Source of the DNA: Tubulanus polymorphus
Lineage: Eukaryota > Animalia > Nemertea
Length of the DNA: 64,000 nucleotides
NCBI RefSeq assembly: GCF_964204645.1
Contig: NC_134025.1
Coordinates: forward strand, 21,742,299 to 21,806,298
Direction of reading: 5' to 3'
In this document: piece after piece, positions 27,901-41,066 of the stretch
Numbering within the stretch: position 1 is the first letter of the stretch
How the letters are laid out: each line of letters starts with the position of its first letter
Program-made: the position numbers and the translations under genes
Notes under the pieces: generated by a model
Databases searched by the model: none
Told to the model about the DNA's origin: nothing
What the model saw: only the letters and a program-made list of their open reading frames with translations

Positions 27901-30900
27901 TTCAAACCCTGTCCAGTACCGAGGTAAGACATTTATGGTACCCACATCACCTCTCCTCACCCAGGATCATGGGTATCTGGCCTGATGGCTGAATCCTGAG
28001 CGTAGTAGCTTGGATGTTTTTTCACCAGAGAGATAGACTGATGAGCAGTTAGTGATGCAGGCTAGGGGTAATTATACTCTAAAAATCATCATTACCGTAA
28101 AATGGTTCAAACAGTTCACTGGGAGCTGCATGGAATTCCTCCAGTTTAAAATCGCACGGCCCACGCAGAGTCATTCCGAACCCTTTAGCCGTACACTGCC
28201 TCCTCCATAACACGTACTCGCTAAAACCACCAGGACCGGCGCAAATATCAGCAAAATATAACAGTTCACCTTTCTCAACCGAAGACATCTATAAGGAGAA
28301 ACAAACAGTGATTAAGGCTTCAAATAAACAGTTTTTCCATGAAGTTGCCAACAACCATCAACTCTGAAAACTATTTGTTATATGAAATCATAGTTATTTT
28401 AGTTATTTTTCAAGACTAAATTGGATATGAATGTCAACTTTTGCGAGCTATGAACTTTTTTGAAGTGATCTCCAATAAAATATTCTTTCGAAAAGAAAGT
28501 TAAGAAAAACTACCGGTACCATCCAACTTGATATCGGACAAAGTTCCTCCGAGAGAGCCTAGATATCACATCATCATTACAAAATTAGTTTTAAAGCGAT
28601 AAGAATTTTCACTTAGCTACCGTAGATACTTTTAACACATCACCGTCAGAAAAATCAAATGACGGTTGTAGATACCAGATGCCAAGATTCTTCAGAATTT
28701 CTAACCAACAACTTATGTGATTTTCATAATTCAGTGAGTTCGTCCAAAAGACATAATTAAACCATTGGTTTCGGGTATTCAGTTATTGCAAAATGAATAC
28801 TTTACTTACACCATCTTTATCTTTCGGATCGGTGAACATGAAATCTGATATAGCGTCCATATTGGCCATTTTCATAGCTGCTCTGAAAATCAATCAATAA
28901 AATGAACAAATAATACACAAATCATAAACAGGAAACAGAGAGCTACGAACGATTTGAATTCAATCAAATTTGTATACCGGTACTTATTTTTAAGAATATC
29001 GTCGCATATTCAAATCTAATATTTGTTTTTGATATCAGGAACGGAATGATGATATCAAAGCCACGATCACATGGAAACAAATTGACGCGGGCCTAACTGG
29101 CAGAGATCAAATTTGGCCCGTGCCTAATAAGCTTAGAGAGCACGTTCACATTCAAACTAAACAATGCTTAAACAAAGTGAGTCACTTCCAGAACCAGTTG
29201 CAATTCACATTAATAATTTAGTACGCAGCCTAATATGGCATGAGCCAAAAATGTTCGTGTGTTCCTCGCTAGTTTACTCTGCATGTTCTCAACGGGAACG
29301 AATGAACCAGCATATCAAACAATGTCGGTTTACCTGTTCTGGAAAATACCGCCACGAATTGTTTCATATGGATTGGATCTTGTTCGTGCCCTTCTCATTT
29401 CATCGCCTTCTAAGTTATCAAACACGCTCTGTTAACGAGTTTAAACAAGTTTTTAATTCAATATAATGATTCCCAGGAAATTGTATCCATCCTAAAGAAG
29501 ATTTAGTCTGGCCGCCTTTTTCCATGTCAAGTTGAACCGTGTTATAACAAGTTTATCACCTGATACAACTACCGTAACTAAAAATTGTGTTCCAAATAAG
29601 AAATATGATTTATTTCATACTAAATATCATAACAAACTATTTAGTTGAATAACTAATACACTTCCTGGATCTTTTTGATGAGATTCTACTTAAGACTATC
29701 AATTCCCTCACTTTTGATAAGAATTGACATTTGTTTTATCTTTTACCAACGAAAATGAGCAACCGCATAAGTTCAACTAGAACCTGTTGCAACCCCCATA
29801 TACTTCAACATTAAAAACCAAAAGATGTAACAGTTTAACATGAATTACTTTTGTATTAACTGCTTGGTATAAGAGGACGCTTTGGTCTACTAACCTTGCA
29901 TTTCAGAACACTCTCTAAGGTTTCCTCACTGATGAAGTTCGTTTCATCATCAATACTCAACTTTTTCTACAATAGAGACATGGGGGAGATAATCAGATCT
30001 TCAGATCCAAAAAGCAAAATAACTTATCATAACTTATAATATCTGGTATCAAAATACAGTCAGCAGAGAACACTTGCTGATCAATGGTCGAATGCCTTGC
30101 TTAACAACTCTTGATGAAGGGACATCGGGACAATTCTATGAATCTATACTTACAGGCCCTTCTTTCATCCATTCTCTTAGTGTTTCAATATCAGGTATCG
30201 GCATCGTGGCAGATGGAATCCATTCGATGATTTCATCTTCGGAAACCTATGAAAAAATGATGAAATATTAGCAGCAATCACACAAGCGTTTTGGGTCCCG
30301 GAACAACCAATCACACAGGTGCTAAATGGGCCTGTGCCTGTTTGGCCCGACCGAAAACATCGGACCAGGCTCGAGCCAAATTTTAGCACAGGTAAAATTA
30401 TTGCGTGTGAATTGCAACTGGATCTGGAAGTGTCTCACTACGATTTGTTTGAGCATTGTTCAGTAGCGAATGAGTGGTGAATACACTCTCTAATTAGGCA
30501 CGGGCCAAATCTTATTCAGGCGACTAAATTTTAGTAAGGTCAAATTTCCAGTAATCAAACATTGGATACCATCAGATAGTAAATTTAAATGGAGTTTCCT
30601 TAAACCTGGATTTAATGAACAAAATTGAGGGATTAACCCTGCTTAAATCTAAAAGAGTATGTATGTGCCCCTCATACAAGTGCATAGATATGATTTATAC
30701 TTAACTAAGCCTAGGAAATTGTAGCATTTCAACAGTCTAACTATAAACATTTTCACTTCTTAAATTCAGTACCTTCTCCGATTCAAAATCCCACTCCGTT
30801 TCCTTCGCCTCAAATCCTTTTATTGCCAAACCGAGACCTCGTCGACCCCTCTGCTTTGATGCTTCGACTATATCGACACGACCTTGTCCCCGTCTGCCGA

Positions 30901-32317
30901 GACCAGTTCCTTCTTTATGACCCATCTTGGCCTAAAAATCATTCATCATGTACTGTACTTATATATGAATCATTCCACATTCTGGTAATTCGAAGCCTAA
31001 AATTCGGATACAAACAAACTTATATTTGAACTCAATCTTACCATCATTTTAAACGCAAACTGGTTATAGTTCGATTTATCGATTTTTTTCTTTTTCGGAG
31101 ACGGTTCACCATCATCCGATTGCTCGTCATCTTCAGATGATTCGGTGGACTGCTGCCGAGTTGAGGAATTACCCATTTCTACGTGGTTGTGTTTAACACT
31201 TGACGCTTTGTCGGCATTATCCTGGTATCAGATGTAGCATTACATAGGATGTATTGGTTATCGACAATCACATAACAATTTCGAACGAACAAAATTCAAT
31301 ACCATAAACAAACATTTCATATTGGTATATGGCTTTCTAGTAAGCTAGACTACTCTGGAATACGCAGATCAGGAAAATAGCTTAAAAACAATTTTTGAAG
31401 TATTATGTACCAGTGTTTTCTACATAGATTCATACTCTTCATAGGTTTTACTGGCCAAAAACAATAGATTGTTTAGGGAGTATTTTTGTAGTATCATTTG
31501 CAAGTTTTATATACTACCGACTATCAAGGCTAATGACAAAAATAGTTTGAAAAGAATTTCAATAAATTACGCATCTACCTTGACGTTCAAGATTTTGAGC
31601 CCATCATCAGACTCATCAGAAGAGTCCGAGAGCGAACTCGTTCCAGCAAGAAACGTTTTAGAAGTTGCAGCTCCAAAACCAACATACTCTTCCACGTCTA
31701 AGGATAAAATAACATGGGTATTAAGACAAATCATCTATCATCTGTATCATATACAACGTAATAGACTTTGCATAGCTCAGATTTTGCAGCTGTCTCAGGT
31801 ATGCCACTCCCAAGATGGATGAGTGGCAATTTCTTTGGATTTACTCCTCTCCAAATGCAAGCAAGAGACTGTTGGTACTTCTAGTAGGCTAGTGGTACTA
31901 TGACCCTTAGTCTGGGCCACGTTTCAAAGATGTGATATTGCTGGAGCTGATTCAGGACCTAATTTTGAAGGTTTTGTGACACAAAGGGCACTTGTAATTC
32001 TTAAAAAGGCATATTGGAGATATGTTTAAAATTTAGGCATTGCCTCTGCAATCTCGTGGGCGAGACGCATTTTACAGCTTTTCCGAGTAGCAAGCTCTTA
32101 ATTATCCTAACAATTATGCAAGAAAAGTTTACAGGACTCCATAAGGCACTGAAAAGTTAAGAGTTAATTCAGAGAAGGGTTATCCAAAAGAGATAAGGGT
32201 GTTTGTTCAACGAGGCCCACAAGACACCCAGAATTGATAGAACTGGTGCATTCGTTCCTTGAGGTGTACGCACATCATACCCATTAGATATTGCTTACCT
32301 GAATCACCACTGTTCAT
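18954..32317 (-). CDS. CMTR1: Cap-specific mRNA (nucleoside-2'-O-)-methyltransferase 1, 23 coding exons, ~843 aa
   Basis: All exons splice in frame with GT-AG. NLS PSPKKKK; G-patch ([20 protein letters not shown]); RrmJ-type MTase motifs [59 protein letters not shown]; WW-like domain [17 protein letters not shown]. The first short exon (32299-32317) is less certain. Confidence 0.95.
21060..21765 (+). mobile_element. Degenerate Helentron-associated (HINE/DINE-like) element
   Basis: Similar to 22329-23598 (attcaatgccccctgg; ggccaatttttgggctg; acagatggac..aaaagtgaa 3' end). Confidence 0.55.
22329..23598 (+). mobile_element. Helentron-associated non-autonomous element (HINE/DINE-like) with an internal 154-bp tandem array
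   Basis: 5' aactag; 4 units starting at 22401, 22555, 22709, 22863; (ACGG)n microsatellite; 3' hairpin agcccgctgggactaagtcccaagtgggct followed by an A run. Confidence 0.7.
25137..25384. mobile_element. piggyBac-type MITE copy
   Basis: Homologous to 16858-17142, with degenerate flanks. Confidence 0.7.
27850..28065 (+). mobile_element. Probable tRNA-derived SINE remnant
   Basis: A-box-like gtggataagcgg, B-box-like attcaaacc, then a core-like cacccaggatcatgggta. Confidence 0.4.
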
Positions 32318-35300
32318 GATTCTAATGCTATTTCAATTCTTGTATTCTCCTGAAATTAGGGATTGACATTATAGCCTATTCCATACACATTTTACTCTCT
32401 CATCTATCAGACTCGATTTACTGACTGAACAGGGAAGGGATTGCCTCTCAATGGCTGGGTTATGCCTCTCATCAGGGGCGGAACTAGGAAAAGGGATCTA
32501 AGGCAGAGATCCAGAAGAAAAGGCATTTCTTGGATGAAGCAGCCATGTCAAAGGCCACTAGCAGCGACTCATCCTCAGTGTTAATATATTTTTACGGTAT
32601 CTAGGATACTCGGGTACAGATGCGGATTCCAGGGAGTTGCGCGAGGCGAAATGAAGTAAACTTGAAAATTTCCCTCTATTTCCGATAGCGCTTGCTTATC
32701 AAATTGTTTATTATTGAGTGTCCTAGTGCGTAACTGTCCACTGCCCGACCCTTGATGATGGTAAGAAAATAAATTTGGATCTTCTAGCCCCGGTGACAGT
32801 GTTTTCTTCATGGCATGGGCAGTGACTCACAGAGTCAGTGCCATATGTAATATTTTCAGTGTAATAATAATTCTATCTCTGTCTTTGTATTAAAGATAGA
32901 TGAGGCTGATTTCTCAGATTCCTGATTTCCCTGCAGGATATATTCCGATCTGCCCTGGAGACTAGAGATGAATCTTTTTCAATTTGTCCATTTCATCATC
33001 AAAATCAAAGGTGGACATGGGCAGGCCAGGCTAAACGCCCATTTGGTATTTAGCTCATTCTGATTGGTTGCGCTAATGATGCTGGACATCAGGATTTTCG
33101 TTTTTTCTGTGTAAATTTCAAAGTCCCAATCACGTTTTCTGAATTGAATTATTATTGAATCAAACTTCTACCACCGCAGATTTACGGATTAACAGTGTCG
33201 GATTGGTGCACCTTTATTATACCTAGCATACCAAGTTTATATATGGTCCGTAAATCTGCGGTGGTAGAAGTTGGCAAACCGGGTGGAATTGAGGTCGGAG
33301 GAAGGAACCGTGGCGTTTTTTTTTCATTTTTTCCACCCTTTCTTACTATATACGATACGAAACGAAAAAGTTCCACTCATCGAAGAAGAAAGACTATTCT
33401 TATCCATTATTCAATGAACAAATAATTAAAACACTCACAACAAAAGCAACGAAAGAACGCTTCGTTGTGTTCATTGGAATTATGATTGGGGCACCACCGA
33501 TAATGCGTATATGTGATCGAGAACGAAAGCTTGGGTTCCTTTTTCTTTCACTTTCATATTACCATAGATGGTAACGTTGTTTATTGTGGATGTAATGATT
33601 TGTAACTATTGGTTCGAATCCCTCCTTGTGGCGCACACAATTATTCATATACGCCTATAGTGCCCGCGAGATTTATCTTTTTGAGAATTATCTATGCAGA
33701 ATGAATAAGAATTTATAACCAACAGGCCAAAATGCCAAAATGCCTTGCGATTTTTATTAGGCAATGTTTCTTCTTTTATGCAAGGCGTCAAAAGATCAAA
33801 GTTTATAGTTTTCTTGTTAGTACTGTTGGCATGATGCCGCACCCGAAGGCCGACGCCGAAGCTGCTACCTATTAAATCATTTGTGAGAAGTGAAACGTGG
33901 GAAGCAAGTGGGCCTCGAAAATTAACAACAGAGGCCAGTGGTCCTTGACTTTTGTCGAGATGATGCGAATTTAGCGTAGCCACCGTGCAACAACTGCGCC
34001 GACATGTCGCAGCTAAAACGCGATATAAACATGGGGGAGGGGGGTTTGAAGATGTCAGTGGTCAACAGTATTTCATTCGGAGGCGTTGACCCAGCGAGTT
34101 TTGTTTATATTGTTTACAGTATCACATCTGGACCATCCACCACAGAATTCAGAAAAACTACTTATTTTCGGCATATTACTTTAGAGCGACTTAAAACATA
34201 GTATTCTTCTGGTTACATTTCACTGATTCCAGGTGTTTTATTCACGAAAAATGGACCAAAATAAAAAGATTTGGGTAGAAAAAAATTCTGCTCAAGACCA
34301 GAGAGATGGAAACCGAAAAACTCAAGAGATTGATTGATTGTACAATAAGCTAACATTATTTCTGCTATTCTTTTATCAATAAATGGCCAGGGGCAGATTC
34401 GACCTACCACTAGTGTATCGAGGGGTACTCGTTGTGATTTTGACAGGCTCTTGCGCTAACATGAATGTTTAATTCCGGGCAAGTATTCTGGAAGTAGTAG
34501 AAATGGTCAATTCGCCTCTAAACGAAAATAGTTAACTTCAAGCGGGGGGGGGTAGATTTTATGGCCCAAAGCTTGAATATTGCATCTCAGGGCCTTGAAA
34601 AATCGAATATTTCTGGGGGTGTGCCCCCCCCCCGATCCCCCCTTTTGTGCAGTTGCCTGTATATTATCTACAGAGAAATTATTCAAATATGAGCTCTCAT
34701 AGCCACCAGAACGCATCTCAGACGTTTTATTGTTCAAAATTTTCTTGGCTATACGCCCCTGATGAGAGCTATGAGCTTTGGAAGATCGAGATTCGGTCAG
34801 TTGAGTCGACCCGCTTTTCCCGCCTTTCTTAAGAACCAATTGAACGCGCGATACTGTAATATTTTAGCGGGTATCGATCTATTTGATTGGCTCAATGGAT
34901 GGAGTCAATGGAAAGTGTCTTTTTGTATGCCCGTCTTGATTTTCAATCTAGTATCATGTAAACATCTCAATTTTCGAGAGATTTGCAAAAAGTTAGTTTC
35001 TTTCATTTCTTCCATCATTTAAATAAAATACAATTTTCTCAGGCTTTTTTATTTTTTATTTTTTGCAGTCCGTTCGAGGTTTTATGCAGAAAATACTCAA
35101 ATGATAATTCAAAAAAATTTTTTAATGCCTTTTTGTCCTTAAAACCAATAACCGAGCAACTTAAAAACCACGTCTGTGAAAAAAGAGTAAGAATAGTTTT
35201 TCGGTGATGAAAAACCTCGCCACCTGCTTGGTTGTTTGTTCATGTAAAAGATTCTGTCGCTGAAACTCCAACTGAAATAAGTTCAGTTTATCATAGTCTT

Positions 35301-35477
35301 GCTCTCTAATATTTGCATAGAATTAAACAAGGAAAAAACTTGCATTTTAATGGTATTTTGATGACTGCATTTGTTACGTTTATACGACGATTTTCTCATA
35401 AGGTTTCAACCACCGTCGTGATTAAAAGTGATATTCTGACATTGTGACATATACACCCGCTCCTCGTCGTTGAGGTC

Positions 35478-35562
35478 AGCTTTGCGCAGTGGCGGTTAGT
35501 ACCATAGTCAATGAAGTTAATCCGAGGCGTGGTTATTGCTAGTTGAAAACTATACCCAATAC
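35478..35562 (+). pseudogene. RNU4: 3'-truncated U4 snRNA copy
   Basis: agctttgcgcagtggcg...ccgaggcgtggttattgctagttgaaaactatacccaatac matches the U4 5' ~85 nt as I recall it; the 3' stem-loops are absent. Confidence 0.85.
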
Positions 35563-35979
35563 AATTTTTTAAATGAAAACAAACTTGAATCCCGTAGCCA
35601 GGATTTTGAGAGGGGCGTTCTTAAATTATAAAATGGGTACTTTTGCATGTTCCGTATCCCAGGAAAGTGAGCATCGTATGCTTAAAACTAGAATTCTGTA
35701 GCTATTCCACAAACGATTAAACACAAATCGGAATTTCAGTAGTTTTGGCCAAGAGTTTGCCCTATTTGCGGGGCCCTTTCGGGGCGTTTAACTATAACGG
35801 ATAACCGACTGTTACATCTTTAGCAACCGTAATAACGAATGTTGGTTTGGCATTACAGTTAACTCCGCTGAGCTCGTAATTCTGGGGACCGGTGAATTCT
35901 GAGACCTGCACGAGAATCTCGGCCCGTGCCAGGATTCGACCTCGATTGAAACTCGATACAGACATTGTAGATTTTGATA

Positions 35980-36138
35980 TGCGCGGCGGCGCGGGAATCT
36001 GAGACACCTATCGACAGGAAATATCAATATCAAAATGGCGCGCTTAACTAACGCGAAAAGCAAAAACCTCGCCTAATTTCAAACAAAGGCAGCCTCTTTA
36101 AGACCCCAGAAATCAGTATTTCAATATTCGGTAAGTAT
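35980..36138 (+). promoter_or_regulatory. Candidate promoter and first exon
   Basis: CpG-rich; E2F-like ggcgcgggaa; YY1-like aaaatggcg; strong donor cg|gtaagt at ~36132. Confidence 0.4.
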
Positions 36139-36879
36139 TCGTAACATTAGTTGAAATGGTGGAAAATAATTCGTCTTAACTCTTAGATGTTGCGGGTAAT
36201 CATATTTCAGAGGTTAATCTAGAGGCGCACATGGTGAAAATCAGTCAAGCAAGACAAGTTGAAAAACTAAAAAGGGCCAATGGTGAATTTATTGCCCAGG
36301 GCTGATCGAGGAATTTAGAATATGCGGACCAAAACTTCAAGAGCTGCAGGTCATCTGACTCTGATATTTCTAGACCATATGGGCTTGGGTCTTGCCGTGT
36401 TAAGGGTTTCCAGCGGTTCTTCTTTAAAAGTCCTTCTTTAATCTTTGTCCTTCTTTTTGAAAAAGTTGGGACGAACATCCTCTTCGTCCTTCTTTTTTAC
36501 TCTTAAGTCCTTCCTTTTGGTAAGAATGTCCTTCCAAATTTGATTTAAATGTATTATTTTTTGCATGCAATTTTATCGCCTATTCCGCTGTTGAAGTATT
36601 TTTAGTAAAGCCTGTTAACTCAATTGTCAGTAAGATTGAATATACAGGAAAGTGTTCTGGAAGAATTACCCTGAAATTGATGACTGGCCTAACATGTGAC
36701 TACTCCAGTGATGGGCATTGTGAAAGTGCGTCCTTATAGACCTTATTTTACTAGAAAGTTCTTCTTTCCAAGTCAAAAAGTCCCTCCTTTTGGGTATAAA
36801 ATTGCAGAAAAAGTCCTTCTTAGTACTCCTTTTCTTAGTAACAATCTTTGATTTGTCTATCGTAGGTCACTACAATGGG

Positions 36880-37160
36880 AACTTGGATTCAGTACAGGAC
36901 AACAAGGAATCAGTGCGTTACAAATAAGACTTTCTTGGAATCAGTGCAGGACAACCAGGAATCAGTGCTTTAAAGTAATACTTCGTTGGATTTAAGGACA
37001 AGGAATCGGTACTTTACAGGACTTTGTTGGATTCAATACAGGACAAAAGAAACAGTGCTTTACAATCAGACTTTCTTAGATTCTGCACCGGGACATCAGG
37101 AATCCTTGTTTTACTAAAAGACTGTCTTGGATTCGGCACAGGATATCAGGATTCACTGAA
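36880..37160 (+). repeat. Degenerate ~50-bp tandem repeat
   Basis: Recurring ttggattcagtacaggacaa..ggaatcagtgcttt. Confidence 0.7.
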
Positions 37161-37222
37161 TGGAAATTCAAGATAAGTTACATTTATCTCATTTATTATT
37201 TATGTTGTTGGTTTGATTTTAA

Positions 37223-37391
37223 GGGACCAGTTTTATAGTGTTTGTTATAAACAATGTTTTGAAATGAAATCTGGGCTTGAATCCATTCAAATGTCTTTAC
37301 ATCGGTGTATATTTGGTAAGGATTAGTTCATAGTTGGGTTTTCTAAATTGTGATCAACTTTGTTATTTCTAGTCAATATGAAACTGGTCCC
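37223..37391. mobile_element. Small MITE (GGGACCAGTTT TIRs)
   Basis: gggaccagttt...aaactggtccc, flanked by taa / tga. Confidence 0.55.
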
Positions 37392-37643
37392 TGATATCAA
37401 TAACTCAAGTGTTATCAATCACATTCCTTCATCACAATCAGGTGTGTTCACAATTTCTCTAGATTATACTACTGTAGATATTAGACTGATTGAATAGTTA
37501 CAGATACATGTAACATTGTGTGCAGATACAGAATACAGATCACTGCATTACTTCATCCTGTGATTGAACAGTGATTTGTTCTCTCATTTTCACTATTCCC
37601 ATCCATCTAACTAAAACATAGTACCACTTCAACTCATCTAACC
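37378..37643 (+). repeat. Diverged inverted duplicate of 53872-54123
   Basis: For example, atcactgcattacttcatcctgtgattgaacagtgattt is the reverse complement of 53939-53977. Confidence 0.85.
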
Positions 37644-37644
37644 G

Positions 37645-37890
37645 CAGGGTTTGGGGAGGGTGGGTAGGGTTGGGGGAAGGCAGGGGTAGAGGGAGGGTGG
37701 GAGGGAAGGGGTCTGGGAGGGCGGGAGGGATGGGGTCTGGGAGGGATGGGGTCTAGGAGGGGGAGGGTTGGGCCTGGGAGGGTGGGAGGTATAGGGTTAG
37801 GGAGGGTGGTAGGGATAGGGTCTGGGGGTGTAGGTGGGTGGTGATGAAGGGTTTAGGTGGGTGGGGATTTGGGTGGGGTGGGGTGGGGAT
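37645..37890 (+). repeat. G-rich tract with G-quadruplex potential
   Basis: Runs of GGG; includes the gggagggcgggaggga.ggggtct unit also seen at 53.6 kb. Confidence 0.85.
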
Positions 37891-39857
37891 TAGTTTTTTA
37901 GTTGAGATATATTTCAACAAAATCATTTACGATTGATAAATAGTTTTGCCGATTTCATGGTGAGTTATTATATATACGTAAATTCAGAAATTTTGTCTTT
38001 AATTCAAAATTCGATTTTCCGTTGAGGTTCGCTGCCGACCTGGGGATATCATTTGTGAAAAATAAAAATTTTATTTATGTTTTCCCGATTTCATGTCGAA
38101 TTATTGTTGCGACATAAATTCAAATTTTTTTCATTCTTTGCAAATTATTTTATTTCGAGATAATAGGTGCGTTCACACGACGAAATTTAGACTGGTCTAA
38201 GTTTGGTCCAGTCAAATATTGACCTAGCGTTCCCACAGAAAATACCTTTCCAAACTAGACCAGTCTTATTTGGCATGGTCTAAAAGAGCGAACCAGGTCC
38301 GGTCCAAATCTATGTATGTGGACTGAAACCGGTGCCAGGTCTGGTCTAAATCGTAATTCTGAATCTCTGTGGTAGAGTGTGAGTCCAGTTTATTAAGTTT
38401 TAAGTCCTTTCATTAATGTTTATGTAATTAATTAATTTTTGATACCATGGAAATGTTTGGAGTGTAGCAAATATTCGTATTCGTATGTCGCGATCATCGT
38501 CCGTTTTACTTCCGCATTATGAATCGTGTTAAAACGACATTTAAGAGTTTCAGCGTGATAAAATAGAATTTTTGTTTCTCGTAAACGATGTCCCCGGGAC
38601 GTTTTCGTAGTAATCACTTTTATCAATTTTCAGATTCTCTTCATTTGCCTTCAGCAGTGTGCAGCACAGATAACATCACTTTTTGAAGATAAATAAATAT
38701 CCTTAGTAGTTAGTTATCCTATCTTTGTTTTCACAAAAAGGGGACACATTTTCTGAAATAAACTGTGCAATTAATAGGTGGAACAATGATGACACGGATT
38801 GACAAAGACAGACGGACTTGTTTTCTGAACAGAATTATTTAAAGGCACTGTGAACTAATTATACTTATATCAGGTAATATCTTTGAACCAGATGTAGTTT
38901 TACCTCGAGTTTTCACAGTAGTTCCCACTACTTTGAGTGAGTAGTTCACGATGTGATAAAGTGAATTTATACATCTTAGTTACGGAGATAAAAATATAGC
39001 TGCAAAGCAGCGATAACGGGTTTCTACCTTGCTGGATCAGATTTCGTACTTGGAGGCATACAAAGGTTTTGTCAAAATCAGTTCATAAGAACAAACAAAC
39101 GGCTCTTTTAAAAGGAGCGCCACCTAGGGGTCCGCTCACATACTGGAAGCACATTTACACATCGGATCTAAGATTATTTCTGTGATGAGAATTATTAAAG
39201 ATCTTAGCAATTTACTTGTATGAAATGCGTGAATTTCTTTATTAACTCCGTTTTAATGTAATTGTGTAATGTTGTAATTAATTGTAAATACTGTTTTTTC
39301 CTCCATATACCATGGAAATATTTGGAGTGTAATCAATATTCGTATTCATTCATAACAATGCAATCCAATGAATATTTATTGCTTCCAAGTTTACGAGCGG
39401 GCTTTCGAACACACGAGACGTACGTGTGAAATACGTTCCTTACGAAAAAAATATGATTCCGATAAAATCATCCGGATCCTAAAGATCTACGGATGCTGCG
39501 GCTGTATTTTGATGGATCACCGTTATGAAAGCGCTGTCGAGCCGTAAACATTTATCGTAAAGATTTATCGCTCCTGTGTTGAAGAAAAAATCCGCCTTGG
39601 ATTCAAACCATTCAAATTTGTACAGTTCATAAAATGCGCTCGTCCTCAAGCCCATGCTATGTCTATGGAAGCGCTAAAGCCAGACATGCCAGTTGCTAGT
39701 TGCCAGTTACGAATTGCCAATTGCTAGTTGCCAAATGCTTGGTGTCAAATTCTCATTGCCAGTGGAGCATTTTTTCAATCCGTACGCTAGCGCCACCTCA
39801 ATATATATATATATGTATATTTTTTTACGGCACATCAAAGGTGAATTTCAATAACAT

Positions 39858-40128
39858 GATACTTACTTAATCCTCTTCATCCCTTCTGAGACATAAGGCC
39901 TAACGAACTTCTTCCGCTTGGACCAGTCTTTAGCTGTGCGTTGAGCCTGGTCCCAGATAAGACCAGCTGAAGACGGTTCAGTGGTGATGGTGCGTCTCCG
40001 TGTGGTTTTGGGGCCCTCCTCTACCAGGAGTGGTCCATCTCGGTGCAAATTTTGGGATACGTGACTGGTTCATCCTTAGGATGTGTCCGAGCCAGTTCAG
40101 TCCTCTAGTACGCTTGATTTCAACTGCT
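39858..40128 (-). mobile_element. RTE-clade LINE 3' fragment
   Basis: Frameshifted translation NWLGHILRMNQSRIPK..RW..PG..RGGPKTTRRRT..WDQAQRTAKD, followed by a short TAAG-repeat tail. Confidence 0.75.
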
Positions 40129-40244
40129 AGGAAAATTTAATTGAATACAGATTTTATCTCTTGCAAGTTGTTCAAGATCGCGGAATCATTAATGCAGAAA
40201 ACATGTTATCGCTAGTTGTTCGAGATCGCAGAATCATTAATTAA

Positions 40245-40463
40245 CCCTTTCAGTGCTGACTAATCAATACCCTATAGTGCTGGAGATGATTTGAAAATTT
40301 TAATGGTATATCGTTAGTTCCTAATATTTCACTATGTTTGACAGGTGCTGCCATCTTTCAATAGAGATAAAAACTGATTATTAATTACATCAATACACCG
40401 CAGTGCGAAGTACTAGCAAAATCCATCACCAATTCATACACCGCACACCGCACACCGCAAGGG
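40245..40463. mobile_element. piggyBac-type MITE copy (inverted)
   Basis: ttaa|cccttt...aaggg|ttga; the adjacent duplicate at ~40170-40212 shows the empty TTAA site. Confidence 0.75.
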
Positions 40464-41066
40464 TTGAAGCAGAAGACCTGTTATCGTTGCTTTGCAGCTA
40501 TATTTTTCATTCCCTGAAAATGAATATTAGATGAGGAAACATTTTCAGACTTAACATTATTTTTTCGTTATTTATCATTGTGGGATTCTCTACGTGTTTT
40601 ACCATTGGTTAGTTTTATTTCTCTTTGTGACAGATTATTTTGCCATTTTTCACGATCAAATCAGTTCATTTGAAAGTTATTTCATCCTCCGCAGTTTAAG
40701 AATTTGAAATTTTATCAGTGCTTCAATTTGTCAGTTTATATGACGTAGCTCTTCAGACGTTTGATCGATGCATTATTCCAGACTCTAATTAGTTCCTTAT
40801 TTTTGACATTAATTAGTACAGATTGTGAACCCATTTAGGGTATAATCTTGAAGTGGGCTGCACATTAGCCGTGTGATCACGTGGGTGACCGTGTCTGATC
40901 AATCCATTATGGCCAGTTTTCAAAACATGCAACACTCAATTTCATGTTATATGCATTTGTTCAGCAGTGACCATTTAAATTGTTTAACGGCTAAAAACAG
41001 CTCCGCATGTAATGTATCAAATATCTGAGTTATTCTTAGTTTAATGCCAACTTAGTATAGTAACTG

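Noticed and set aside
33600-33640. ggttcgaatccc tRNA T-arm motif
   Set aside because: No acceptor, D or anticodon arms can be folded
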